In this document: positions 52,019-60,521 of the stretch, in pieces
Position numbering within the stretch: position 1 is the first letter of the stretch
Layout: each line of letters starts with the position of its first letter
DNA from: Patescibacteria group bacterium
Lineage (GTDB): Bacteria; Patescibacteriota; Minisyncoccia; Phycocordibacterales; JACOZG01
NCBI GenBank assembly: GCA_038065495.1
Contig: JBBTQW010000002.1
Location: 362,641-426,640, forward strand
DNA length: 64,000 bases
Reading direction: 5' to 3'
Program-made: the position numbers and the translations under genes
Notes under the pieces: generated by a model
Told to the model about the DNA's origin: nothing
The model's database searches: none
What the model saw: only the letters and a program-made list of their open reading frames with translations

Positions 52019-55000
52019 ATGTCTGATCCCGAGAATAAAAAGTCTAAAAGTAAAGTCGCTGAGCGGGAGGAGAAAACGCTCGCTTTTTGGCGTGAGCAGA
52101 AGATTTTTGAGAAATCTGTAGAAAAAACAGCTCCAAGGGGGGATTTTGTCTTTTATGACGGTCCACCGTTTGCGACTGGTCGACCCCACTTCGGACACAT
52201 TATGACGGGAACGATTAAAGATGTGACTCTGAGATACAAAACGATGCGCGGTTATCGCGTGCCCCGGCGCTGGGGCTGGGATTGTCACGGTTTGCCAGTG
52301 GAAAACTTGGTGGAGAAAGAATTAAATCTCGCGACCAAGAAAGAAATAGAGAAATTTGGCATCGATAAATTTAATGAAAAAGCGCGGGCGAGTGTCTTGC
52401 GTTACGAAGAAGTGTGGAAAGAGATAATCCCGCGCACGGGACGCTGGGTGGACATGGATCATCCGTACAAGACGATGGACGCGAACTACACAGAATCTGT
52501 GTGGTGGTCGTTCAAAACTTTATTTGAGAAAAAACTGATTTATCAGGGCTTTAAGAGTATGCACTTGTGTCCGAGATGTGAGACAACGCTATCTAACTTC
52601 GAAGTGTCGCAAGGCTACAAAGATATCACGGATATTTCGGTTTACGCGAAATTTAAATTATTAGATGAAGAAAATACTTATTTATTAGCCTGGACTACAA
52701 CGCCGTGGACTCTGCCGGGCAATGTGGCGCTGGCTGTAAAAAGTGATGGAATTTATGTGAAAGCAAAATTAAAAAATAGCGAAGAAAATTATATTTTGCT
52801 GAAAAGTTTAGTGGAGAAAGTGTTAAAAACAGATTTTGAAATTCTAGAAGAATTTGCTGGTGAAAAATTAATTGGCAAAGAATATAAAACTTTGTTTGAT
52901 TATTATGCGAAAACTGGGAAAGTCTACGGTGCCGAATTTGTGAGTACAGAAGAAGGAACGGGGATTGTGCACATTGCGCCAGCTTTTGGTGAAGAAGATT
53001 ATCAGCTTTCGCTGCAAGAAAAATTGGCTTTTGTGCAACATGTGGGAACCGACGGGAGATTCAAGCCAGAAGTCACGGACTTTGCGGGAGAATTGGTAAA
53101 GCCAAAAGAAGCGCATCAAGAAACAGATATCAAGATTATCAAATATCTGGCGGGGAAAAATTTACTTTTTGCGAAAGAGAAAATCGTGCACAGTTATCCG
53201 CACTGTTGGCGTTGCGATACGCCACTCTTGAACTACGCTTCTAGTTCGTGGTTCTTGAAAGTGACTGATCCGGAACTGAAGAATAAAATAATTGCGGAGA
53301 ATCAGAAGGTGGCGTGGACGCCGGCGGAAATCAGAGATGGGCGGTTTGGGAAATGGCTGGAAGGCGCCCGCGATTGGGCGATCTCGCGCTCGCGTTACTG
53401 GGGCGCGACTCTGCCGGTCTGGGTTTGTGAGAAGTGTGAAGCGCAGAAAGTGGTGGGAAGTGTTGAAGAACTAAAAAACTTGTTGCCGAAGTCGGGCAAT
53501 AACTATTTCTTGATACGTCATGGCGAGGCGGAGAGTAATGTGCGCGGAATTGTGACTTCCGAAATGACGGGAAATGGTTTGACGGAGAAAGGTCGGGAGC
53601 AAGTTTTAGAAAAGTTAGGATTTTTTAAAGAAAAAAAGATTGAGTTAATTTTGGCTTCTGATTTATTGCGAGTGAAAGAAACGGCAGAAATTGTTGCTAA
53701 TGGTCTGGGTTTTGATTCAACAAAAGTTATTTATGACGAACGATTGCGCGAACTGAATTTCGGCGATTACAGTGGCGAAGAAATCGCGACTTATCATCAG
53801 CATTTTATTAGCGAAGATGCGCGGTTCACAGTCCGTCCGCCAAAGGGTGAGAATCTCACTGATCTCAAGAAGCGGGTGATGAATTTATTGTATGAATTGG
53901 AAAATAAATATCAGAATCAGAATATTTTGCTGATTTCTCACGGCGATCCAACTTGGTTGATGCAGGAAAAATCTGATGCCACTTATTTACAAAATGGCGA
54001 AATCAAAGAGCTAAATTTTACAGCACTGCCCCACAATTCTGACTATGAATTAGATCTTCACCGGCCGTATATTGATGAAGTAAAACTGAAGTGTGAGAAG
54101 TGTGCGGGAGGAATGACCAGAGTGCCGGAAGTCTTTGACACTTGGTACGATTCTGGCTCGGTGCCATTTGCGTCGCAAAATTTGCGTCAATTAGTGCCGG
54201 CGGATTTTATCGCCGAAGGCTTAGATCAAACTAGAGGTTGGTTCTACACTTTGCTAGTTTTATCTACTGCGCTGTTTAATAAATCGCCTTACAAACAGGT
54301 AGTGGTAAACGGTTTAATACTCGCCGAAGATGGTAAGAAGATGAGCAAGCGCTTGAATAATTATCCGGAACTAACAGACGTGCTGGACAAATATGGCGCG
54401 GATGCACTGAGATATTACTTGATGGCCAGCCCGGCGGTGCGCGCGGAGGACGTGGCTTTCTCCGAGAAAGGCTTAGATGAAGTGGTGAAGAAGATAATTT
54501 TGCGGTTGGAGAATGTGGTGGCTTTCTATGAGTTGTATCAACAAGAGAATCCAGAAAATAAAAATAATTCAGAAATAAAAAAATCAGAAAAAAATAGCGA
54601 AAATATTTTAGACCAGTGGATTCTCGCGCGCTTGGCTCAGTTGAATACAGAAGTGACTGAAAGTCTAGAAAATTACGAATTAGATCAAGCGTCCCGGCCG
54701 TTTAGTTTATTCGTTGACGATTTATCAACTTGGTACTTGCGGCGTTCTAGAAAACGCCCGGAAGCGCTGGTAGTGCTAAAAAAAGTTCTACTAGAATTAG
54801 CAAAACTGCTCGCACCATTTATGCCGTTTATCGCGGAAGAAATTTATCAGAAGTTTAGAGAAAGTTCTGACCCAAAAAGCGTGCATCTGGAAAATTGGCC
54901 TAAAACGGAAAAATCTAACACAGAATCTGATCATGTTTTAGCAGCGATGTCTTTTGCGCGTAGCTTTGTCACAATGGCGTTGATGCAACGGGCTGAGAAA

Positions 55001-55417
55001 GGTATAAAAGTGCGGCAACCTCTTTCGCTTTTGCTGATTAAGCATTCATCTGATTTAGAGCTACCTTTCTGGGATGAAATATCAGAGATTATTAAAGAAG
55101 AAGTGAACGTTAAGAAGGTCGAATTATCTGCTGAATTGACACAGGATGATCCTCCAATTGTTATTTATCTTGATCTGGAAATTACAGCGGAGTTAAAAGC
55201 CGAAGGCGAGTTTCGTGATTTAATCCGCGCGGTGCAAGATGAAAGAAAAAAACTAAAATTAGTACCCGGCCAAATGGCCGAATTAACTCTTAATCCAGAC
55301 AAACAAGCTTTGCTAGAAAAAACTGATAATAAATTAGAATTACAGAAAACTTGTTCTGTTTCTCTGATTAAATTTGACGATCAATGTCCCACCAACTCTA
55401 TCAGACTGAAGGTTTAA
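52019..55417 (+). CDS. ileS: Isoleucyl-tRNA synthetase with an embedded histidine-phosphatase (PGAM-type) domain
   Basis: HIGH (PHFGHIMTGTIKD). Editing site GTGIVHIAPAFGEEDY. KMSKS (KMSKRLNN). Split zinc knuckle CEKCEAQ...CEKCAGG flanking an insert of about 165 aa (LIRHGEAESN...LLISHGDP). Confidence 0.95.
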   Translation: MSDPENKKSKSKVAEREEKTLAFWREQKIFEKSVEKTAPRGDFVFYDGPPFATGRPHFGHIMTGTIKDVTLRYKTMRGYRVPRRWGWDCHGLPVENLVEKELNLATKKEIEKFGIDKFNEKARASVLRYEEVWKEIIPRTGRWVDMDHPYKTMDANYTESVWWSFKTLFEKKLIYQGFKSMHLCPRCETTLSNFEVSQGYKDITDISVYAKFKLLDEENTYLLAWTTTPWTLPGNVALAVKSDGIYVKAKLKNSEENYILLKSLVEKVLKTDFEILEEFAGEKLIGKEYKTLFDYYAKTGKVYGAEFVSTEEGTGIVHIAPAFGEEDYQLSLQEKLAFVQHVGTDGRFKPEVTDFAGELVKPKEAHQETDIKIIKYLAGKNLLFAKEKIVHSYPHCWRCDTPLLNYASSSWFLKVTDPELKNKIIAENQKVAWTPAEIRDGRFGKWLEGARDWAISRSRYWGATLPVWVCEKCEAQKVVGSVEELKNLLPKSGNNYFLIRHGEAESNVRGIVTSEMTGNGLTEKGREQVLEKLGFFKEKKIELILASDLLRVKETAEIVANGLGFDSTKVIYDERLRELNFGDYSGEEIATYHQHFISEDARFTVRPPKGENLTDLKKRVMNLLYELENKYQNQNILLISHGDPTWLMQEKSDATYLQNGEIKELNFTALPHNSDYELDLHRPYIDEVKLKCEKCAGGMTRVPEVFDTWYDSGSVPFASQNLRQLVPADFIAEGLDQTRGWFYTLLVLSTALFNKSPYKQVVVNGLILAEDGKKMSKRLNNYPELTDVLDKYGADALRYYLMASPAVRAEDVAFSEKGLDEVVKKIILRLENVVAFYELYQQENPENKNNSEIKKSEKNSENILDQWILARLAQLNTEVTESLENYELDQASRPFSLFVDDLSTWYLRRSRKRPEALVVLKKVLLELAKLLAPFMPFIAEEIYQKFRESSDPKSVHLENWPKTEKSNTESDHVLAAMSFARSFVTMALMQRAEKGIKVRQPLSLLLIKHSSDLELPFWDEISEIIKEEVNVKKVELSAELTQDDPPIVIYLDLEITAELKAEGEFRDLIRAVQDERKKLKLVPGQMAELTLNPDKQALLEKTDNKLELQKTCSVSLIKFDDQCPTNSIRLKV

Positions 55418-55977
55418 TTCTCGCCGCGCACGACTACGGCGAGGCGAACGGTTTTTATCAGTTGCTAACGCCGGATCTGGGCTTGATCGGCGCGAGTGCG
55501 CAAGGCGTGCGACACCTTAAGTCTAAACTGCGCCCCCAGCTTGGCAGTTTGAGTCATGCCAAGCTCACGCTGGTGCGTGGCCGCCAAGTGTGGCGGCTAG
55601 TGGGCGCGGAGGCGAGTGGCCTGCTCGCGTCAGTTTTGAGTGAAGCCAGCAAGCACCGCGCTTGGGCGCGAGTGGCCTTGTTGGCACGCCGCTTGATCCG
55701 CGGCGAGGCGGCTGATGCGAGGCTGTACGAAGATCTACTCGCTGGCCTGACAGTTTTGAACCAGATCGAATCAGCGCAAGTGGTGGACTTTGAGGCTGTC
55801 ATAGTTTTGCGTTTGCTAAACAGTTTGGGTTATGTGCAAGAGTCAGTGGCGCTAGCGCCGTGGTTGCAGGCCGATCTGTGGCCAAGTGGTGCTGGTTTGG
55901 CGCTTGCTTTGCCGGCACCAGAACGCGAACGGGTGATTAGCGTGATTAATTACGGTTTGGAACACAGTCAGCTCTAG
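55384..55977 (+). CDS. recO: DNA repair protein RecO (short form)
   Basis: N-terminus YQTEGLILAAHDYGEANGFYQLLTPDLG... resembles the RecO OB-fold N-terminus. GC-rich. Confidence 0.65.
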   Translation: MSHQLYQTEGLILAAHDYGEANGFYQLLTPDLGLIGASAQGVRHLKSKLRPQLGSLSHAKLTLVRGRQVWRLVGAEASGLLASVLSEASKHRAWARVALLARRLIRGEAADARLYEDLLAGLTVLNQIESAQVVDFEAVIVLRLLNSLGYVQESVALAPWLQADLWPSGAGLALALPAPERERVISVINYGLEHSQL

Positions 55978-55997
55978 CATGTTATAATTAGCGCAAG

Positions 55998-57938
55998 ATG
56001 ATGGAAGGCGAAATTGGAAACGAGAAAGAGAATCGCTTAGAGCGTCTCAAGCGCTTGCTGTATGCGCGCCAGCGCGGGCTCAAGCCACTGCGGCGCTCGG
56101 GTTTGGAATCGAGAACCAACGAAACTCCCACCGCTTGGCGCCACGTGGAGCCGCTCAAGCTCGCCTCGAGTTTGCCTTCAACAAAGTTGCTCAAGAGAAT
56201 TCTCTGGTGGACGGCAGGATTCTTCTTGTTGGCGGCCGCGGTGGCGCTGTTTGTTTTTTATCGTGGTAATAATTTAATTTTAGCGAGCAATGTGGTGCTA
56301 AAAGTGACTGGGCCATTAGAAATTGCCGCTGGGCAGGAATTGAGTTTGCAGGTGGAGGTGGAAAATAAGAACAACGCCGCGCTGGAGCTGGCCGACTTGA
56401 TTGTGGAATATCCGAGCGGCACGCGCCAAGCTGGCGCGGTGGACAAAGCCCTGGCGCGGGAGCGCCTGCCGCTCGGCACGATCGCGCCTGGCCAGAGTGC
56501 GCGCAAGCTGGTACGCGCCGTGCTCTTTGGCGAGAAGGGGGCTCGCGTGCCAATCAAGTTGACGGTGGAGTATCGCCTGGCGCAATCAAGTGCGATTTTT
56601 GATAAAACGGAAAATTACGAAGTGACGATTGGCTCCACACCACTCTTGCTTTCGCTCAACGTTCCGGCGGAGGTAAATAGCAATCAAGAGATTTTGTTGG
56701 AAGTGGAAGCGCAGTCCAATGCCGAGAGCGTGATCACTAATCCAGTGTTGATCATGAGCTATCCGGCTGGCTTCCGGTTTATCCAAGCCACGCCGGTGCC
56801 CACGCGCGGCCAGAATATTTGGTCGCTGCCGTCGCTCAAGCCCGGTGCTCGTGCGCGAGTCCAGATCCGCGGGACGCTGGAGGGCCAAGATGACGAACAA
56901 GAATCCTTCCGCGCTGCGGCTGGTACAATCGAAACTGACACGGCGCTGGAGTTAGCCGCCACTTATGGTTCGGCTTTCGAGACTGTCACCATCAAGCGAC
57001 CGTTTGTGGGCCTAGACGTGGCACTTAATCAGAGCACGGCCAGCGAATATATTGCCGATAGCCGCGAGCCGGTGCGCGTGGATATCGGCTGGGTCAACAA
57101 CTTGCCTGGTGAGATCACCGCTGGCGAGATCCAAGCTACGCTGGCTGGCCGGCCGCTGGATCCCACCTCAGTTTCAGCACCAAAAGGTTTCTATAATTCC
57201 ACGCAGAACACGATTCTCTGGAATCAGACCAGTGATAGCAAGCTAGCGCAGATTAGCGCTGGTGATGCGGGGCAAATTTCTTTTACTTTTGCATCACTCT
57301 CACTCGTGAGTGCGGAGGGTGCGGCTTTGCGTCAGCCGGTCTTGGATTTAGTTGTTAAATTTAAAGGCAAACACTTAGACGACAATGGTAAAGCCGTCCC
57401 AGTTTATTCCGAAGTAAAACGCAAAATCAAATTTAGCTCAGCCGTGCAACTGGCGGCAAAAACGTTGCAACGCACTGGCGCTTTCACCAATCACGGACCA
57501 TTGCCGCCAAAAGTTGGCGCCGAAACTAGTTACACTATTGTGTGGTCAGTTCTCAACTCCGCTAATTCGCTTGACGCGGCGCAAGTCAGCGCCACTCTGC
57601 CGCCATATGTGCGTTGGCTGGGCGCCACTAAGCCAAGCAGTGAGACGGTCAAGTTTAGTGGCGCAGAATCCAGTGGTGGGGAAGTGGTCTGGCAATTGGG
57701 CCAAGTGGCACCGGGCACCGGCACGGCGGGGCCGGCGCGTGAGGTTTCCTTCCAAGTCGCGCTCACGCCGAGCGTGAGCCAGGTTGGCTCGGCGCCGGTG
57801 CTGGTGAGCGAGGCCACGCTCTCGGCCTTTGATACCTTTACCAAAGCCACTCTGACTGCTAAGCTCAAGCGGGCGCTGGATACGGTGCTGGTGAACGAAG
57901 CCGGCTTCCAGCTTGGCGAAGACCGCGTGGTTAAGTAG
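55998..57938 (+). CDS. Large membrane-anchored surface protein with repeated beta-rich (DUF11/CARDB-like) domains, hypothetical
   Basis: N-terminal basic cytoplasmic tail, one TM helix WWTAGFFLLAAAVALFVF, then about 570 aa extracytoplasmic. Very GC-rich. Confidence 0.45.
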   Translation: MMEGEIGNEKENRLERLKRLLYARQRGLKPLRRSGLESRTNETPTAWRHVEPLKLASSLPSTKLLKRILWWTAGFFLLAAAVALFVFYRGNNLILASNVVLKVTGPLEIAAGQELSLQVEVENKNNAALELADLIVEYPSGTRQAGAVDKALARERLPLGTIAPGQSARKLVRAVLFGEKGARVPIKLTVEYRLAQSSAIFDKTENYEVTIGSTPLLLSLNVPAEVNSNQEILLEVEAQSNAESVITNPVLIMSYPAGFRFIQATPVPTRGQNIWSLPSLKPGARARVQIRGTLEGQDDEQESFRAAAGTIETDTALELAATYGSAFETVTIKRPFVGLDVALNQSTASEYIADSREPVRVDIGWVNNLPGEITAGEIQATLAGRPLDPTSVSAPKGFYNSTQNTILWNQTSDSKLAQISAGDAGQISFTFASLSLVSAEGAALRQPVLDLVVKFKGKHLDDNGKAVPVYSEVKRKIKFSSAVQLAAKTLQRTGAFTNHGPLPPKVGAETSYTIVWSVLNSANSLDAAQVSATLPPYVRWLGATKPSSETVKFSGAESSGGEVVWQLGQVAPGTGTAGPAREVSFQVALTPSVSQVGSAPVLVSEATLSAFDTFTKATLTAKLKRALDTVLVNEAGFQLGEDRVVK

Positions 57939-57950
57939 GTTAGAAAATTT

Positions 57951-59627
57951 ATGTCAGAAAAAGAAAAACGAGATGCAAATTTATTAGAGAAAATCGTGTC
58001 GCTGTGCAAGCGGCGTGGTTTTATTTATCCCGGTTCGGAGATTTATGGTGGCTTGGCCGGCACTTACGATTATGGTCCACTTGGTGTGGCGCTCAAGAAT
58101 AATTTAAAAAATCTCTGGTGGAAAAACTTTGTAAGCAACAGAGAAGATATGTATGGCTTGGATGCCGCGATTATTATGAATCCCAAAACTTGGGAAGCAA
58201 GCGGTCACGTGGCTGGCTTTGCTGATCCGCTTATTGGTTGTTTAACATGTTCAGAAAAATTTAGAACGGATCATCTGATTGATACTAAGGCATTCAATGA
58301 ATATCGACTCAATTTGGTCAGAGAACATTGGAGAGAAATAATGGATGTATCAGAAAAAATGGTAACAGAAACCGAGGGTAATAAAGAATATCTTTCCAAA
58401 GTTGAGTCTGCCATTAAAGTTTTGGAGCAAAATAATTTACCCAAAGATATTGAAGAAATAATGGCCAGTGCATTGAAAGCCCATATGCTCGCTTCTGTAA
58501 GTAAGGCTAGGAAAAATCTAAAAGATCTGGTTGCAGAAATAAAACCAAGCGCTGCTCCTGAAGGATTTAGTGAGACTAAAAACTTTTCTGGTCATCTTAC
58601 TCAGCTCTTTCTTGCGGAGAATAAAATTAAATGTCCCAACTGTGGTTCCATCGAATGGAATGTTCCTTCACAATTCAACATGATGTTGAAAACAAATGTT
58701 GGTGTGGTTGATGATTTATCCTCAACCACTTACTTACGTCCAGAAACTGCTCAGGGCATGTTCGTTAATTTCAAAAATATTATCGATTCGTTCCACCCTA
58801 AACTGCCATTTGGTTTGGCGCAAATTGGTAAAGCTTTTAGAAATGAAATTGCTCCCAGAGACTTTTTATTTCGCACAAGAGAGTTTGAACAAATGGAAGT
58901 GGAATATTTTGTGAAAGCAGAAGATTGGCAGAAATATTTCGAAGAATGGCGCGTTCTAATTCAGAATTATTTTGCAGAAATTGGTTTAGATTCTAGTCAC
59001 GTGCATGAGTTAGAAGTCCCAGACGGCGATCGCGCGCATTATTCGGCGCGAACTATTGATTTCGAATTTGACTTTTCGTTTGGCAAAAAAGAATTATCAG
59101 GCTTGGCTTACAGATCTGATTACGATCTCAAGCAACATCAGGAATTTAGCAAACAAGATTTAACTTATTTTGATGAAGAAAGTAAAACCAGATTCTTGCC
59201 ACACGTAATTGAGCCTTCGCTTGGCTTAGATCGCATCTTGTTAGCTGTTTTAACAGATGCTTATACCGAAGATGAACTGGGTGGGGAAGCGCGGACTTAT
59301 CTGAAGTTAAATAAAAATATTGCGCCAGTGAGATTAGCTATTTTTCCACTGCTCAAGAATAAACCGGATTTAGTTAATAAAGCGCGCGAAGTTTATCAGA
59401 ATCTTAAAGTGCAAATGCCACATCAGACTGTCGTTTTCGATGACAATGGCAATATCGGCAAGCGTTATCGCCGGCAAGATGAGATTGGCACGCCACACTG
59501 CATTACTATTGATTTTGACACGCTCGGTGAAGGCGGTGAAGATAAAAAAGATACTGTCACGGTGCGCGATCGAGATACCGGCGAGCAGGAGAGGGTGAAA
59601 ATCTCTGAATTGACAAGTAAACTCTAG
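57951..59627 (+). CDS. glyQS: Glycyl-tRNA synthetase (alpha2 dimeric class II type)
   Basis: YPGSEIYGGLAGTYDYGPLG...class II motifs. 558 aa. Confidence 0.9.
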   Translation: MSEKEKRDANLLEKIVSLCKRRGFIYPGSEIYGGLAGTYDYGPLGVALKNNLKNLWWKNFVSNREDMYGLDAAIIMNPKTWEASGHVAGFADPLIGCLTCSEKFRTDHLIDTKAFNEYRLNLVREHWREIMDVSEKMVTETEGNKEYLSKVESAIKVLEQNNLPKDIEEIMASALKAHMLASVSKARKNLKDLVAEIKPSAAPEGFSETKNFSGHLTQLFLAENKIKCPNCGSIEWNVPSQFNMMLKTNVGVVDDLSSTTYLRPETAQGMFVNFKNIIDSFHPKLPFGLAQIGKAFRNEIAPRDFLFRTREFEQMEVEYFVKAEDWQKYFEEWRVLIQNYFAEIGLDSSHVHELEVPDGDRAHYSARTIDFEFDFSFGKKELSGLAYRSDYDLKQHQEFSKQDLTYFDEESKTRFLPHVIEPSLGLDRILLAVLTDAYTEDELGGEARTYLKLNKNIAPVRLAIFPLLKNKPDLVNKAREVYQNLKVQMPHQTVVFDDNGNIGKRYRRQDEIGTPHCITIDFDTLGEGGEDKKDTVTVRDRDTGEQERVKISELTSKL

Positions 59628-59708
59628 TTTGCTAAAAATTCGCTAGTCGCGTCCGGACGTTCCGTGACGCAAGAGTACCTTACACACATCGGCAACGGAG
59701 GAGTCTCT

Positions 59709-60152
59709 ATGGCTATTGCTCTCGGTCGTAACTTTAAGTTAGTTGATCCCACTCTGATGACAAAGCTGAGGGCAGATCCCAGTCGCGTGCCCAAGGATTG
59801 GGGAGAACCGCGGAAACCTGGTTCTCCAGACACCGTCTACATTTCTCGAGAGTTAATCGCGGATGGACATGGTGGATTCACAATTCTCGGGTTATGGCAC
59901 GACGGGACGCACTGGCGCAAGATTGATTATCTCGAGATTTTTGCGGACAGGGCCTTCACAGAACCACCGGTTTCCGCGCCAGCGCAAGTCGTTAACCCAG
60001 TCGCCAACGTGGATCCGGCTCACGCTGAGCCGCCCAAGAAGGCAAAGGCGAAGGCAAAGAAGGGAGATAGTGATGTTATCATCTCTCTGGAACCTGAACC
60101 TGAAGCTCTGACGAAAAAAGAAAAGCCGGCTCTGGCCGGCGCCCCCGCCTAG
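59709..60152 (+). CDS. Hypothetical protein with a Lys/Ala/Pro-rich C-terminal tail
   Basis: GGAGG RBS before the internal Met MAIALGRNF. The track ORF begins at 59664. Confidence 0.4.
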   Translation: MAIALGRNFKLVDPTLMTKLRADPSRVPKDWGEPRKPGSPDTVYISRELIADGHGGFTILGLWHDGTHWRKIDYLEIFADRAFTEPPVSAPAQVVNPVANVDPAHAEPPKKAKAKAKKGDSDVIISLEPEPEALTKKEKPALAGAPA

Positions 60153-60228
60153 GGGGTATTTTTATTTGCTAAAAACGGCCTTAATTAGCCATATCTTGGC
60201 AAAAACACGCTAAAAACTAGACAGAATA

Positions 60229-60255
60229 CTTGACAAATAAACAAGCTTGTGATAG
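60229..60255 (+). promoter_or_regulatory. Promoter TTGACA-N15-TGtGATAGG (weak -10)
   Basis: cTTGACAaataaacaagctTGTGATAGGcttata. Confidence 0.35.
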
Positions 60256-60261
60256 GCTTAT

Positions 60262-60487
60262 AACGGAAGGCTGGATGTGGACATCTGGCCGAAGTGGACC
60301 CCAAAAGTGGAAGGATCGTGTCATGGGAAGAATCATTTGTTGGCTCACGGACTCTCTCACGCTGGATGAGTTGCGAGATCGGCAAGAAGTCTGTGCGTGG
60401 TAAGTGCTTTCCGGAGAGGAAGCGAGAGAAGTGAGAAAGAAGTAACAATCCCGTCGTGCCAAGCGCATGACGGGATTTCTGTTTCTT
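60262..60487 (+). ncRNA. Promoter-to-terminator transcript of about 225 nt upstream of the AI-2E transporter gene. Candidate structured leader/ncRNA, or mRNA for a 41-aa peptide
   Basis: 5' hairpin GGCUGGAUGU-gg-ACAUCUGGCC. Purine-rich middle. Terminator cccgtcgtg-ccaagcg-catgacggg plus AUUUCUGUUUCUU (60450-60487). Possible small ORF ATG 60273 (MWTSGRSGPQKWKDRVMGRIICWLTDSLTLDELRDRQEVCAW) with a GGAAGG SD. Confidence 0.35.
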
Positions 60488-60521
60488 GGCAAAAGATTTT
60501 TTTAATAGTAGAATCAAGCTA

